The position numbers were made by a program, and so were the translations under genes. Positions 54,143-63,548 of a stretch of 64,000 nucleotides of DNA are shown here, in pieces; positions within the stretch are counted from its first letter, which is position 1; each line of letters opens with the position of its first letter. Source of the DNA: a virus (Duplodnaviria > Caudoviricetes); IMG/VR virus record IMGVR_UViG_3300045413_000192, positions 1,077 to 65,076 of that record; one strand, 5' to 3'. The notes beneath the pieces were generated by a model. It ran no database searches, had not been told where the DNA came from, and worked only from the letters and a program-made list of their open reading frames with translations.

Positions 54143-54416
54143 GTATTTTGATTATCAAGCAATTCTTAATCGCTGGAGTGTGGCCGCAGAGCAACAAAAG
54201 GCTGATTTCATGGAGCACATGTATAACTGTGCCGGTCGCCAAAACCCAGGGCATCTTATGCACGGTCTTTACACGGGCCTGTGGCAGGACTTCTGTATTA
54301 AAGAAGCTGGTCCTGTGATGCGTGAACGGTACTTTGAGATGATGGAAGCCGTTCGCCTTTATGAAAAAGAAAAACTTCAGGCAGTTGATCCCGAAAAAGT
54401 TATGATTACTGCTTGA
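54135..54416 (+). CDS. Hypothetical cyanophage-type protein
   Basis: DFMEHMY...GR....H..HGLYTGLWQ motif. Confidence 0.65.
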   Translation: MAKYFDYQAILNRWSVAAEQQKADFMEHMYNCAGRQNPGHLMHGLYTGLWQDFCIKEAGPVMRERYFEMMEAVRLYEKEKLQAVDPEKVMITA

Positions 54417-54489
54417 TTACATCGTTTCTTTCACTACACTGATGGGGTACGCCACGCAGTGGTGAACCCTTTTTATTCTGTTTGATTTC

Positions 54490-54904
54490 CATGGAACTTA
54501 ACATGTCGGGCACTGAGTCTCAGGAAGTAATTCAAGCTTGGCAAAACTGGTACAAAAGCCATCGCATTGTTTCAGAAATGGATGATCCTCTTGTGACTAA
54601 AGAATCCCGCGAAAATCTTCATGACACCAGCCACGCTACTGGCACGCTTCCAAACTGGCGTGAGCACTATGCTGAACTCATTGGGGACCATTTACCCTTT
54701 CAAGGTAATGACATGTACAAACAAAAAGCAACAGAGCATTTTGCTGACACTATTGCTGAATTCTCTAATGAAATGAGCGGAGAAGAACTCTTTGCATGTT
54801 TCCAGCAAGCAGCAAAAGAAAATTTCAAATATGCCCAAAAAGAATATGATCGGGCTAAAGATTTAATGGATTTGCTTGAGGGAAAAACTTGTGCCAAAAA
54901 GTAA
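54490..54904 (+). CDS. Hypothetical protein
   Basis: Helical ORF, start approximate. Confidence 0.55.
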
Positions 54905-55121
54905 AGATTACCCTGAGTTTATTTGTCACAATTGCGGCGTTGAGTGGGGTACCTGGTATTCAAGAAGTGAGTACATAGGCCCTCCTTGTCATTGCGCTAC
55001 ACACCATAAGGGGAGCTGTGATTTATGTGGCAAGATTGACGTTATTGTTACGGAGCCCAGGGACTACGGTCACTTGAAAAAGGGTTGGGAGCAAGCCTTT
55101 AGGCGCACGCACCAAGACTGA
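54891..55121 (+). CDS. Small Zn-finger protein
   Basis: ICHNCG...ATHH.G.CDLCG....VTEPRDYGHL. Confidence 0.65.
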   Translation: MPKSKDYPEFICHNCGVEWGTWYSRSEYIGPPCHCATHHKGSCDLCGKIDVIVTEPRDYGHLKKGWEQAFRRTHQD

Positions 55122-55316
55122 AAGAAACAGTAGCCGCAGTACCACCGGCTTCTGAAACAAAGACGGGTTGAACGTATTTAACAGGGTGGTTGGCTACGTT
55201 GAAATGGCTAGTTCCGTTAGCTGTAATTGTTTGATTGGTAATTATCTTGCTGAAATTTGTGCCGTCAATAGAGCCTTATCAACAAAGAAAGTCTCTTCTC
55301 CTCTTTGTATTGTCAT
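55099..55316 (-). pseudogene. Frameshifted, internally deleted structural-protein gene
   Basis: The MTIQRGEETFFVDK start joins out of frame to GSIDGTNFSKIITNQTITANG...FVSEAGGTAATVSFSLGACA*. Length is 218 nt, not a multiple of 3. Confidence 0.5.
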
Positions 55317-55390
55317 TGTTTTATTTGTATTTTGTTCATTTTAATTCATAGAGTTGCTTTGTATTAAACTGGTTTTATTGGTTGAAAATT

Positions 55391-55942
55391 ATGTATACCT
55401 CTGCTCCTCAAGCGCCTCAGGCACCTATAACCCCTGTAGCCCAGGCAACACCTCAACCACAGGAGAAACCTAAAGCACCTGCTAAATCAAAGAATGGTGA
55501 TGTCGGGGCCTTCATTCAGCAGTGCATTTCTCTTGCTTCCTACCTCAAGGAACTTCAGACACAATCCCATCTCATTCACCTGAATTACGAGGGGTCTAAC
55601 TTCCTCGGGGTGCATGCATTCCTTAAAGACCAATACGAAGCTCATCTGGAACAGTTCGATACCTTAAGTGAGTTTATCCGTTCCATGGACTACTTGATGC
55701 CCATGTGTGCCAAGGGATTAGCTGATGTTGGTCCTGGTATCCAACACGTTACCAGCTACAAAGGAACCGATCAGCTCGCTGTGTACTATAAAAACCTTGA
55801 GGAGCTGGGCATGAAGACCAAGAAGTTGGAACCCATTGCTGCCAAGGTGGGTGCCATTGATATTCAGAACTACTTGGCTGAGCTATGCGGCCAGGCCTTT
55901 AAAGCAGCTTGGCAAATTAAGGCTACGTTGAGAAATGGGTAA
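55391..55942 (+). CDS. dps: Dps/ferritin-like protein
   Basis: HLIHLNYEG.NFLGVH.FL..QY......D.L.E..R ferroxidase pattern. P/Q/A/K-rich N-terminal tail. Confidence 0.85.
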   Translation: MYTSAPQAPQAPITPVAQATPQPQEKPKAPAKSKNGDVGAFIQQCISLASYLKELQTQSHLIHLNYEGSNFLGVHAFLKDQYEAHLEQFDTLSEFIRSMDYLMPMCAKGLADVGPGIQHVTSYKGTDQLAVYYKNLEELGMKTKKLEPIAAKVGAIDIQNYLAELCGQAFKAAWQIKATLRNG

Positions 55943-56035
55943 GGAAATGTTGTTGGGCGTAAGGGGATTCCAGCAAATGACAAAGAGTTATTAGACGCTA
56001 TAGCCGGTGGCAGTTACAGCACAAGGGTATGCACT

Positions 56036-56308
56036 TCAACATTCCCACTTAATAAGTATTTTATTTTCTGTTGGTTGCATCTCGAACTTGCTGTGTTCAA
56101 TGCGATGGCAGTTTGCGCAAAGTACTAAGCACTTGTTAATTTCTTCTTGAACCCTACTCCAGGCTGCTTTCCTGCTTACCAAGTTGGATACAGTGGTTTC
56201 TTTATCGCCAAGATGGTGAAATTCTAAAACTCTTGCATCATTGTTTCCACAATGTGTACAGCTTAAGTTACGTTTATATTCCAGAAATTTACGTTTGGTT
56301 GCGTGCAA
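56036..56308 (-). CDS. HNH endonuclease-like protein (start uncertain)
   Basis: CTHCG...VLEFHH...EEINKCLVLCANCHRIEH. Confidence 0.75.
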   Translation of the reverse strand: MHATKRKFLEYKRNLSCTHCGNNDARVLEFHHLGDKETTVSNLVSRKAAWSRVQEEINKCLVLCANCHRIEHSKFEMQPTENKILIKWEC

Positions 56309-56366
56309 AATAATCCGCAAAGCTGTTATTAATATAACGGGTAAATAACAGTTATCGGTATAACAA

Positions 56367-57053
56367 CTAAATAGTAGCTTCCATAGAAGTTTCGTTTGGC
56401 GTCTTCCAGAAGTAGTCATCTGTCTCACCAAGCCTGCCCCACTTGGGTGCATGTTCAACATCGAAATAACGCGTAGACACCTTGAAGTCGGGCGTCTTGA
56501 GGTTGTGATGCGTTAACGACGGGTCGCACATGCGACAACGGTTGTTTGGATAAGCACCAATTTGACCATTATTCAATGCAACGATGTTATGAGACTTATG
56601 CTCGTCAGGGAACTCAGCAAAGTAAAAGTCTGGTTCATTACGATGGGGATGGTAATTGTCAATCGTAAATAGGTAGCTGCCCTTCATGACGCCAGCACTA
56701 CGGGTCATTACCTGAAACTCCATGTTATAGATCAGGTTCTTTTCGATGACCGTAAGCCCGTGATCAAACCCATTCCAAAACTGCAGGTCTGTCAACTCCA
56801 GATCTGGGGTTGGTGCTTGTGGTTTGTCGGGATGATCTGGATCCCACGAAAGAAACGCACTGATGGGTAGCTTGTCATACAGCGCCCCATATTCGGTCAG
56901 GTACGTCTCGAAGTAAAGGGCGCGTCCAGTCAGTGACTTACAAGCCACCCAGTAGCCAGGGGTGTACTCACCATGGCCGTCATGTAAATCACGCAGGTAC
57001 TCACGACGAACCCACACCTTGACGGGCGGTACATTAGCAACGAGCGTGGTCAC
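56367..57053 (-). CDS. Conserved cyanophage hypothetical protein
   Basis: VWVRREYL.D...GHGE.TPG.W...KS...ALYFETYL..YGALYDKLPISAF...EHKS...GQ..AYPNNR. Confidence 0.8.
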   Translation of the reverse strand: MTTLVANVPPVKVWVRREYLRDLHDGHGEYTPGYWVACKSLTGRALYFETYLTEYGALYDKLPISAFLSWDPDHPDKPQAPTPDLELTDLQFWNGFDHGLTVIEKNLIYNMEFQVMTRSAGVMKGSYLFTIDNYHPHRNEPDFYFAEFPDEHKSHNIVALNNGQIGAYPNNRCRMCDPSLTHHNLKTPDFKVSTRYFDVEHAPKWGRLGETDDYFWKTPNETSMEATI

Positions 57054-57196
57054 TGGAACTCCTAATGAACTCCTAATTTACTTCAAATTAGGAGCAAATT
57101 AGAAGTTGGGGTGGGGCAAACAGGCTTTAATGGGTGAGTTTTGTTTAATGCAGCCGCAATCCATGGCATGCACCCCGTGAGCGGGTTAACTATAGT

Positions 57197-57343
57197 TTAT
57201 TTTTTCTTGGTGGCAGCCTCTTTTTTCTTGGCAATCATTTCTTTAAACTTGTCGCGGGCAGCAGCTTGTTTGTCAGTGCCACCACTTCTCCCCTTGGGAG
57301 GTACGGCTTTGCCCTTAGGGGGAACAGCTTTTTTCTTTTCCAT
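57197..57343 (-). CDS. Lysine-rich 48-aa protein
   Basis: MEKKKAVPPKGKAVPPKGRSGG...KKKEAATKKK. Confidence 0.6.
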   Translation of the reverse strand: MEKKKAVPPKGKAVPPKGRSGGTDKQAAARDKFKEMIAKKKEAATKKK

Positions 57344-57369
57344 GATGAATAGGTAATTACCTTTTGTAA

Positions 57370-57558
57370 TTATAGGGTTGATTCTTTTGCTTTACGTTCA
57401 TCCAAAATTTGTTTCCACTTACATGGTTTAGAACTCTTTGCCCAATCCTTTGGCGGATTAGGAATCATGGTTTCCAGCTTCCAGAAAAAATCTTGGAGGC
57501 GTTGTTCTTCTGAATAACGTTCAGCCAAGAGTTGTCGGTAAATCGCGGGGTTTGCCAA
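57370..57558 (-). CDS. Small hypothetical protein
   Basis: In-operon ORF. Confidence 0.45.
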   Translation of the reverse strand: MANPAIYRQLLAERYSEEQRLQDFFWKLETMIPNPPKDWAKSSKPCKWKQILDERKAKESTL

Positions 57559-57727
57559 ACCTATCCATCATTTCTTCCATGTGCTCCAGAGATTCGAGCC
57601 GGACCAAAACATCAGTCAGACTACTAATCACGACGGGATGTTCGGTGCGTGCGGCAAAAGCCAGTGCTTCGCGCAACATACCGGCTGCTTCATTGACTGA
57701 TTGCTTAACCTGGTTCGACAGACTCAT
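57521..57727 (-). CDS. Small helical cyanophage-type protein
   Basis: MSLSNQVKQSVNEA...LREALAFAARTEHP..I. Confidence 0.65.
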   Translation of the reverse strand: MSLSNQVKQSVNEAAGMLREALAFAARTEHPVVISSLTDVLVRLESLEHMEEMMDRFGKPRDLPTTLG

Positions 57728-57896
57728 TTCCGATTCCCGGGGTGTCCTGAGTAAAGGTATTGTTACCAGCATTTTCCTTGGAGAGCGTTAAACTTTGTAG
57801 AAGCTGGTCATGATTGTCGAGAAACTGTTGTCCCTCGCTCACGGCCTGATAATACTCTTGCAGCTTTTCCATTGCACGACAATGAGGTATACCCAA
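57705..57896 (-). CDS. Small hypothetical protein
   Basis: In-operon ORF. Confidence 0.4.
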   Translation of the reverse strand: MGIPHCRAMEKLQEYYQAVSEGQQFLDNHDQLLQSLTLSKENAGNNTFTQDTPGIGNESVEPG

Positions 57897-57898
57897 TA

Positions 57899-58912
57899 CT
57901 AACAGTGAATTAACCGAATATCTGATAAATGACTTTTATCGGGAAAATAACTAAACACAGTTTTACGTAAGCCTTCTTCAAAGCTATATGCAGGTCGCCA
58001 ACCAAGTTCTTGAATTTTGCGCGGATCAATCGCATACCGTAGATCATTGCCAGGGCGATCTTTAACGTGCGTGATCAAATCTGCATACCCCCAATCGGTT
58101 GGTCGCAGTTCTTCCAGGATTTCGCAAATCATTTCTACCACTTCAATATTAGTTTTTTCGCCAAAGCCACCGATGCAATACTGTTGACCAATGACGCCTT
58201 CTTCCATTACCAGGCACAGGGCTTTGACGTGATCACTGACGTGCAGCCAGTCGCGAATGTTCTTACCCTCTCCGTGCACCGTAATGGATAGTCCCGACAA
58301 TGCATTGGTGATTGTCATGGGAATCAACTTTTCAGGATGCTGGCCAGGCCCGTAGTTATTACTGCAGTTTGTAATGACGGCAGGGAACTTATAGGTGTTG
58401 TGCCAGGCCATTACCAGGTGATCGCTTCCTGCTTTGCTGGCTGAATACGGCGAGCGTGGGTTGTAAGGAGATGATTCGACAAAAAACGTATCTGTAGTAT
58501 CCGGGTGCAAACTCCCGAATACCTCATCGGTGCTGACGTGCACAAACTTGAAAGGGTCTTTTAAGTTCAGGCGGCATGCTTCAAGCAAATTGAAGGTGCC
58601 AACTATGTTGCTGTAAATGAACTCTCGCGGCGATTCAATCGAGTTATCAACGTGGCTTTCGGCTGCCAGGTGAAAAATTTTGGTTGGTTGAATCTCGTTG
58701 ACGACTTCGGCAAGAGCTTTTTCTCCCATCAAGTTAAGTGCAAGTAACTCATAGCGTCCTCGACTTTCAGGTAAATGAAAAATTTTGCCTGGGTCACTGG
58801 CGTAACTCAGCTTGTCAATATTAAAGATTGTTGCATCTGTCGTTTTGAGGAGATGCTCAATCAAATGACTGCCAATAAAACCGGCGCCGCCCGTAACCAG
58901 GATGTTTTCCAT
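57899..58912 (-). CDS. rfbB: dTDP-glucose 4,6-dehydratase
   Basis: VTGGAGFIGS, DKLSYA, HLAAESHVD.SI, HVSTDEVFG, PYSASKA, CSNNYGP.QHPEKLIP, RDWLHV.DH, DRPG.D.RYAID. Confidence 0.95.
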   Translation of the reverse strand: MENILVTGGAGFIGSHLIEHLLKTTDATIFNIDKLSYASDPGKIFHLPESRGRYELLALNLMGEKALAEVVNEIQPTKIFHLAAESHVDNSIESPREFIYSNIVGTFNLLEACRLNLKDPFKFVHVSTDEVFGSLHPDTTDTFFVESSPYNPRSPYSASKAGSDHLVMAWHNTYKFPAVITNCSNNYGPGQHPEKLIPMTITNALSGLSITVHGEGKNIRDWLHVSDHVKALCLVMEEGVIGQQYCIGGFGEKTNIEVVEMICEILEELRPTDWGYADLITHVKDRPGNDLRYAIDPRKIQELGWRPAYSFEEGLRKTVFSYFPDKSHLSDIRLIHC

Positions 58913-59457
58913 TATTCAAAAAGTGGTGCTTCCGTGATTGGTTTCCCTTTGGAATCCTTTTCAGAAACTATAACTTCTCTTGGAATGTTCCACAAGATAT
59001 CAATGTACGGATCATTCCACAACAAACTATGTTCGTGACTAGGCGTATAAATTTCAGTGATCTTATACAAGACTGTTGCGCCTTCTGACAGTGAGGCATA
59101 CCCGTGGGCAAATCCAGGTGGTATCCACAATGCTTCATTGTTATGGGCGTAAAGATGTGCGTCAACCCACATGCCAAATGTAGGGGAAGACATTCGGATG
59201 TCTACGGCTACATCCTGGATGCTGCCTGATAAACAACGTACTAATTTCCCCTGTGCGTAGGGTGGCAGTTGATAATGCAAGCCACGCACCACGTGGGGTA
59301 CCGAGGTGACATAACTATCCTGACGGAAGGAATAGCCATCAACTGCATCCTTAAATTCTTCCTCGTGCCAATGCACGGTGAAGGAACCACGATCATCCGG
59401 AAAGGCATCAAGTTTAATTAGCTTAACTTCCGGTATTGCAAGCGGTGTAACTTCCAT
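58912..59457 (-). CDS. rfbC: RmlC-family sugar epimerase
   Basis: DDRG.F, VRGLHYQ, QGKLVRC..G.I.DVAVDIR..SPTFG.W, LWIPPGFAHG. Confidence 0.93.
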   Translation of the reverse strand: MEVTPLAIPEVKLIKLDAFPDDRGSFTVHWHEEEFKDAVDGYSFRQDSYVTSVPHVVRGLHYQLPPYAQGKLVRCLSGSIQDVAVDIRMSSPTFGMWVDAHLYAHNNEALWIPPGFAHGYASLSEGATVLYKITEIYTPSHEHSLLWNDPYIDILWNIPREVIVSEKDSKGKPITEAPLFE

Positions 59458-60674
59458 CAGTATGCCGCCTTAAAGTTGTTGATGATTTCGTCAATATACT
59501 CAAAGTTTTCTTCTGTGAGTATTGGTGCGGTACTCATGAAAAACACACGACTCAATACGTCATACGCGTTGGGATAATCTTTGGCATTGCCCAGGTGTTT
59601 GTAGGCGGGATGCAGCAGCAAGTTACCGGCAAAATAGTTACGTGTCTGGATGCCATTGGCTTCTAAGTATAGTTGTAATTCCCGCTTGAACGTCTTGTCA
59701 TAACAAACGATTGGGACACCGAACCACGAGGTTTCGGCAGTTGGCTCCTCCCCCACAACACGTAATTCCCTGCGGAGGGGCTTCAAGATTTCTTTGGTGC
59801 GTTCGTAGTTCGCACGACGCTTCTCGTGGATCTCGTCAAACTTGGTTAGTTGAACTTGACCGATGGCACCCTGCAGATCAATCGGTTTCAAGTTGTATCC
59901 AATTTGACTAAACACATACTTATGGTCGACCACGCCGTCATATCCCTCCAGCCACATGTCAAAACGCTTGCCGCAACTACCGTTGATCAACTGGTTACAA
60001 GAACCTACGCAATAACAATCACGTCCCCACCAGGCAAACTGCCTCGCCAAATGAACAATCTCAGGGATCTTGGATGACACCATCCCTCCTTCCAAAGTGG
60101 TGATGTGGTGCGCCGGATAGAAAGACGATGACGCAGCAACGGCACACTCCGTCAGATACTCGCCATTCCACTTGGATCCCAAAGAATCACAGTTATCTGC
60201 GATGTACTTCAGGGAATGGTTTTCGCAGAGATCAAGGAGGTGGTTAAGGTCATAAGGATTGCCCAATACAGGACTACTAAAAACGGCCACTGTCTTTTCA
60301 TTAATTGCCTCTTTGACTTGTTGTAGGTTCCAGTTCAGGTCGTGCCAGGTGATGTCAACAAACCTGGGGATAAGATTATTTTGGAGGATGGGGTTAAGCG
60401 TTGTAGGAAACCCGACCACGCTGACGATAATCTCAGCATCATCCGGCCACTCAAAGTATTTCTTCAACGCAGCAATCATCACCAGGTTGGCGGAACTGCC
60501 GCTGTTCACCATCAGGGATGAATGGAAGTTAAATCGTTTGGAGAATTGCTTTTCAAACTTATCAACCTCCTCGCCTGCTGGGTACCAGCCTCCTTCCCTC
60601 AGGGCTTTGACTGCAGCTTCAATTTCTTGTCCGTCAAAGTACGGTCCGGAGTACATAACCTTTGACTTAAACAT
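59457..60674 (-). CDS. rfbH: RfbH/DdhC-like NDP-4-keto-6-deoxyglucose 3-dehydrase (DegT family)
   Basis: VNSGSSANL, DNCDSLGS, SFYPAHHIT (His in place of the Schiff-base Lys), WGRDCYC...C, DHKY, GYNLK. Confidence 0.85.
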   Translation of the reverse strand: MFKSKVMYSGPYFDGQEIEAAVKALREGGWYPAGEEVDKFEKQFSKRFNFHSSLMVNSGSSANLVMIAALKKYFEWPDDAEIIVSVVGFPTTLNPILQNNLIPRFVDITWHDLNWNLQQVKEAINEKTVAVFSSPVLGNPYDLNHLLDLCENHSLKYIADNCDSLGSKWNGEYLTECAVAASSSFYPAHHITTLEGGMVSSKIPEIVHLARQFAWWGRDCYCVGSCNQLINGSCGKRFDMWLEGYDGVVDHKYVFSQIGYNLKPIDLQGAIGQVQLTKFDEIHEKRRANYERTKEILKPLRRELRVVGEEPTAETSWFGVPIVCYDKTFKRELQLYLEANGIQTRNYFAGNLLLHPAYKHLGNAKDYPNAYDVLSRVFFMSTAPILTEENFEYIDEIINNFKAAY

Positions 60675-61465
60675 AGGTCTTGAAGTCCTTCGTCGAGTGA
60701 AATACTAGGCCTAAAGCCTAAGTCGTGAAGCTTGGTGCAGTCTAAACTAAACCGCACGGCTTGCGGATAATCAAGCGGTGTTTCTGTCAAATAAACTTCT
60801 GACTTAGATCCAAGGATTTGCTTGGCTTTATACACGCAATCAAGCAGCCGTGTTTCAACGCCAGTGCCTACGTTGTAAATCGTATTTAATTTGCCGTCCA
60901 TACAGATGCGATGGATAGCGCCGCACACATCAAAGATGTGCATGAAGTCACGGGATACCTCACGGTCTACCATCACTTCTGCTCCGATCCGTAACTTGTT
61001 GATCAGGAAATGCAGTGCATTCCTCTTGTTGGAACCAGAGTCTGGGCCGCCATACACATTACCGATACGGAGAATACGCCACTTGATTCCAAAGGCGGTG
61101 CAGTATTCCATCATCAATTTCTCAGCCGTGCGCTTCGTTACTGAGTAGAAACCGTTGGGTTCGCAGACGGCAGATTCCAGTGGCTTGCGGTGATTGGGGC
61201 CATAGACAAAATGGCTACTGATGAAATTAAACGTGTTAATTCCGTGGGCACGACAGCGATCTAAACGTTCCATCAATGCCACCAGGTTGGTGTTGACATC
61301 GAGTAACGGATCTTCTCTGTAGGAGAAGTTGTCGGTTGTACTGATCAGATACAACACGTCATCACTTTCCGGCGTCAACTGGTTTCGCGGGATTAGCCGG
61401 GTGGGGAAAATATTTCGGTAGTAGCTTCCAAGGATGCCCGTACCGCCGTAAATGCTGAGAGTCAT
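60599..61465 (-). CDS. NAD-dependent sugar reductase/epimerase (extended SDR)
   Basis: GGTGILGS, ISS.FVYG, YSVTK (YxxxK), RIGNVYG, RDFMHI.D. Confidence 0.88.
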   Translation of the reverse strand: MTLSIYGGTGILGSYYRNIFPTRLIPRNQLTPESDDVLYLISTTDNFSYREDPLLDVNTNLVALMERLDRCRAHGINTFNFISSHFVYGPNHRKPLESAVCEPNGFYSVTKRTAEKLMMEYCTAFGIKWRILRIGNVYGGPDSGSNKRNALHFLINKLRIGAEVMVDREVSRDFMHIFDVCGAIHRICMDGKLNTIYNVGTGVETRLLDCVYKAKQILGSKSEVYLTETPLDYPQAVRFSLDCTKLHDLGFRPSISLDEGLQDLCLSQRLCTPDRTLTDKKLKLQSKP

Positions 61466-61468
61466 GGC

Positions 61469-62980
61469 TTACATCCAGGTTTGTTCGTAGATTCGATCCG
61501 GTCGGTACGGCCAGTAGTCCAAAGGTGCGCCTGAGTTAAAAGGGGAGGTAAAGACCTCCATCCCACGGTCGCCACCCCACTTCTCAATGTAGTAAGCAAT
61601 GTTCCTTTGAAACGTAAATTTGTTACGTTCCTCAAATTCGCTGCGGCTATGTAGGGTACTGCTGATGACGTGCTCTGCCTTGAGTGGTAAACGGTCCCAA
61701 GTAAAGCCAGTGAGTTTCATGCGGTAGCGATGATCATTGTCTTCGCAGTATGCGGGGTAGAAATTTTCGTCCATCAACCCCACACGCGACACCATTTCAT
61801 CGTTCATCACAAAGGCTGAGTAGCCATTTAGATCACCGCCTTCGCAAAGCAGTCCGATGAAATCCTGTTGAAGGCGTGCGGCCAGACGTTTCAGTTCACC
61901 AGGGGCAACATGCCAGTCGTCATTGGTAATAAACCAGTAATTGCAATCGACGTTCTGCTTGATGATCTGGTTGATGGCACCGGCAAAACCAGAGTTGAGG
62001 CGATTATTAATAACAATTACTTCATCGACAAATGTGTTGGAACCATTACAAATGTCCTCGAGGACTGCTGTAACTTCCGGGAAACGATGCTCGGAATTGT
62101 TGACAACAACGTAACGTTCAACAGGGTGGTCAATGGAGCTGTAGTGTTTCCAAAGGTTCTCGGCGCCATTCACTACAACAGTTGCCATCAACTCAATGGC
62201 ATTATTCGTTTCTTCCATTGCGTCGGGCTGGGTATTGATCTGACCAAAATGATGGTAGCCATCTTCATCCGTGATGAGCAAATGCGGTGGTGCTAACCCG
62301 GCGAATTCATGAATTTTTCCATTTTCAACCATGATCATGGGCGCTTCCTTGGTCTTCATATCCCCGAAGAAATAAGAAGCATTAATAAGGATTGCACTTT
62401 GAATTCGCTCTGTTAGGTAACCAAGCCAGCGTTGAGGGTATCCTTTAAGGTGTGCATACTCATCCTTGTATGCTTCCCAGATGGGCATCATGCAAGAGAA
62501 AAGTAACCCCGTGAACCGCTTCACCAAGTCACGATGGCCGTAATGCATCAAGATCGGATGCAGCCGATTACCATTCCAGAAGGATTCCAGCATGTCTGCC
62601 GGGATTGGTAGCTTATGTTTCTTGGCTAAAGCCAGTGTCTGATTAGGGATTTGGTACGTGGGTGCATGGCAGCCGTGCCAGTGTTCACTTACTGACGTAT
62701 GCAAGTAAAACCGCTCGGGCATATAGAGCGTGTCATCTTCTGAGTTGGAGAGCGCTTCATCGGTAAAGCAACGACGGTAGTTGGCAACACCCATAAATTC
62801 GTGGGGACACTCAAGTGCCATCCACTCCATACACGTCAGCTCAGACCAATAGGGATTTAGTGCTGGCTTATGGTCCTTATTCGCATCGAACCGATGGATC
62901 GAGGCAACGCTTTGGAAGGTGACTGGTTTATTGTCGTGTGCAACGGCGTAAAGGTGGATGTGCTTGGGATCAACCTTCAT
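61469..62980 (-). CDS. Two-domain glycosyltransferase (DUF4422-like plus GT2-like)
   Basis: N-domain NPYWSELT..W...GVANYRR...GYLTER. C-domain GFAGAINQII...NDD...GLMDENFYPAYCEDND..YR. Confidence 0.8.
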   Translation of the reverse strand: MKVDPKHIHLYAVAHDNKPVTFQSVASIHRFDANKDHKPALNPYWSELTCMEWMALECPHEFMGVANYRRCFTDEALSNSEDDTLYMPERFYLHTSVSEHWHGCHAPTYQIPNQTLALAKKHKLPIPADMLESFWNGNRLHPILMHYGHRDLVKRFTGLLFSCMMPIWEAYKDEYAHLKGYPQRWLGYLTERIQSAILINASYFFGDMKTKEAPMIMVENGKIHEFAGLAPPHLLITDEDGYHHFGQINTQPDAMEETNNAIELMATVVVNGAENLWKHYSSIDHPVERYVVVNNSEHRFPEVTAVLEDICNGSNTFVDEVIVINNRLNSGFAGAINQIIKQNVDCNYWFITNDDWHVAPGELKRLAARLQQDFIGLLCEGGDLNGYSAFVMNDEMVSRVGLMDENFYPAYCEDNDHRYRMKLTGFTWDRLPLKAEHVISSTLHSRSEFEERNKFTFQRNIAYYIEKWGGDRGMEVFTSPFNSGAPLDYWPYRPDRIYEQTWM

Positions 62981-62993
62981 GGTTGATGACCGC

Positions 62994-63155
62994 CTAAAGA
63001 TCGACCCTAATGTAGTTGATGTTCTGTGCCTTTAGGTCTTCTTCCATTTCATCGGCCTCCAGGGTTGTAATATCTTGGAAAGCTAGGTCGCTGACGCAGC
63101 CCGTCCTGCACTCTTCATCAAAATCAAGGTAGAAGCGCGTCAGGTTAATTGCCAT
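62994..63155 (-). CDS. Small acidic protein (53 aa)
   Basis: MAINLTRFYLDFDEEC...NYIRVDL. Confidence 0.5.
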   Translation of the reverse strand: MAINLTRFYLDFDEECRTGCVSDLAFQDITTLEADEMEEDLKAQNINYIRVDL

Positions 63156-63393
63156 ATATCAAGTCCCAGATTGAATGGTGTGAGACTAATTCTAAGATCA
63201 GGATGGTCGTCAGGGTCACCATTGCCAGGCGTCCGTTTACCCGTTCTGCGTACCAGATGTGATCATCAAAGGTGTCATGCTTTTCCCAGAAGCGAATTTC
63301 GGTACAGTGTTCCACCACAAATTCCCAGATGGTGGCCAGTGCCCAGCTCAAACATAAAATATAGCCTTTGATCCAGAGGGAAAGTTTGGTCAT
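63145..63393 (-). CDS. hli: High-light-inducible protein (HLIP)-like
   Basis: AERVNGRLAMV followed by a TM helix and ..ELV...SI, the chlorophyll-binding ExxNxR motif. Confidence 0.75.
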   Translation of the reverse strand: MTKLSLWIKGYILCLSWALATIWEFVVEHCTEIRFWEKHDTFDDHIWYAERVNGRLAMVTLTTILILELVSHHSIWDLIYGN

Positions 63394-63548
63394 CGCTGAG
63401 AAAAAACCTTGGAAAAGAAAATGTGGGCGTCAATGCCTACAACCACAACCATAGCTCCGAGAATAGCGGCGATGGCATACACAAACTGATTTATGACAAA
63501 TGCATTAATTATTGGGTAACATATTTGTAATATACGAAACCTTGCAAG

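Noticed and set aside
55943-56050. tRNA or tmRNA after dps
   Set aside because: No cloverleaf, no proper T-loop and no tag reading frame on either strand.
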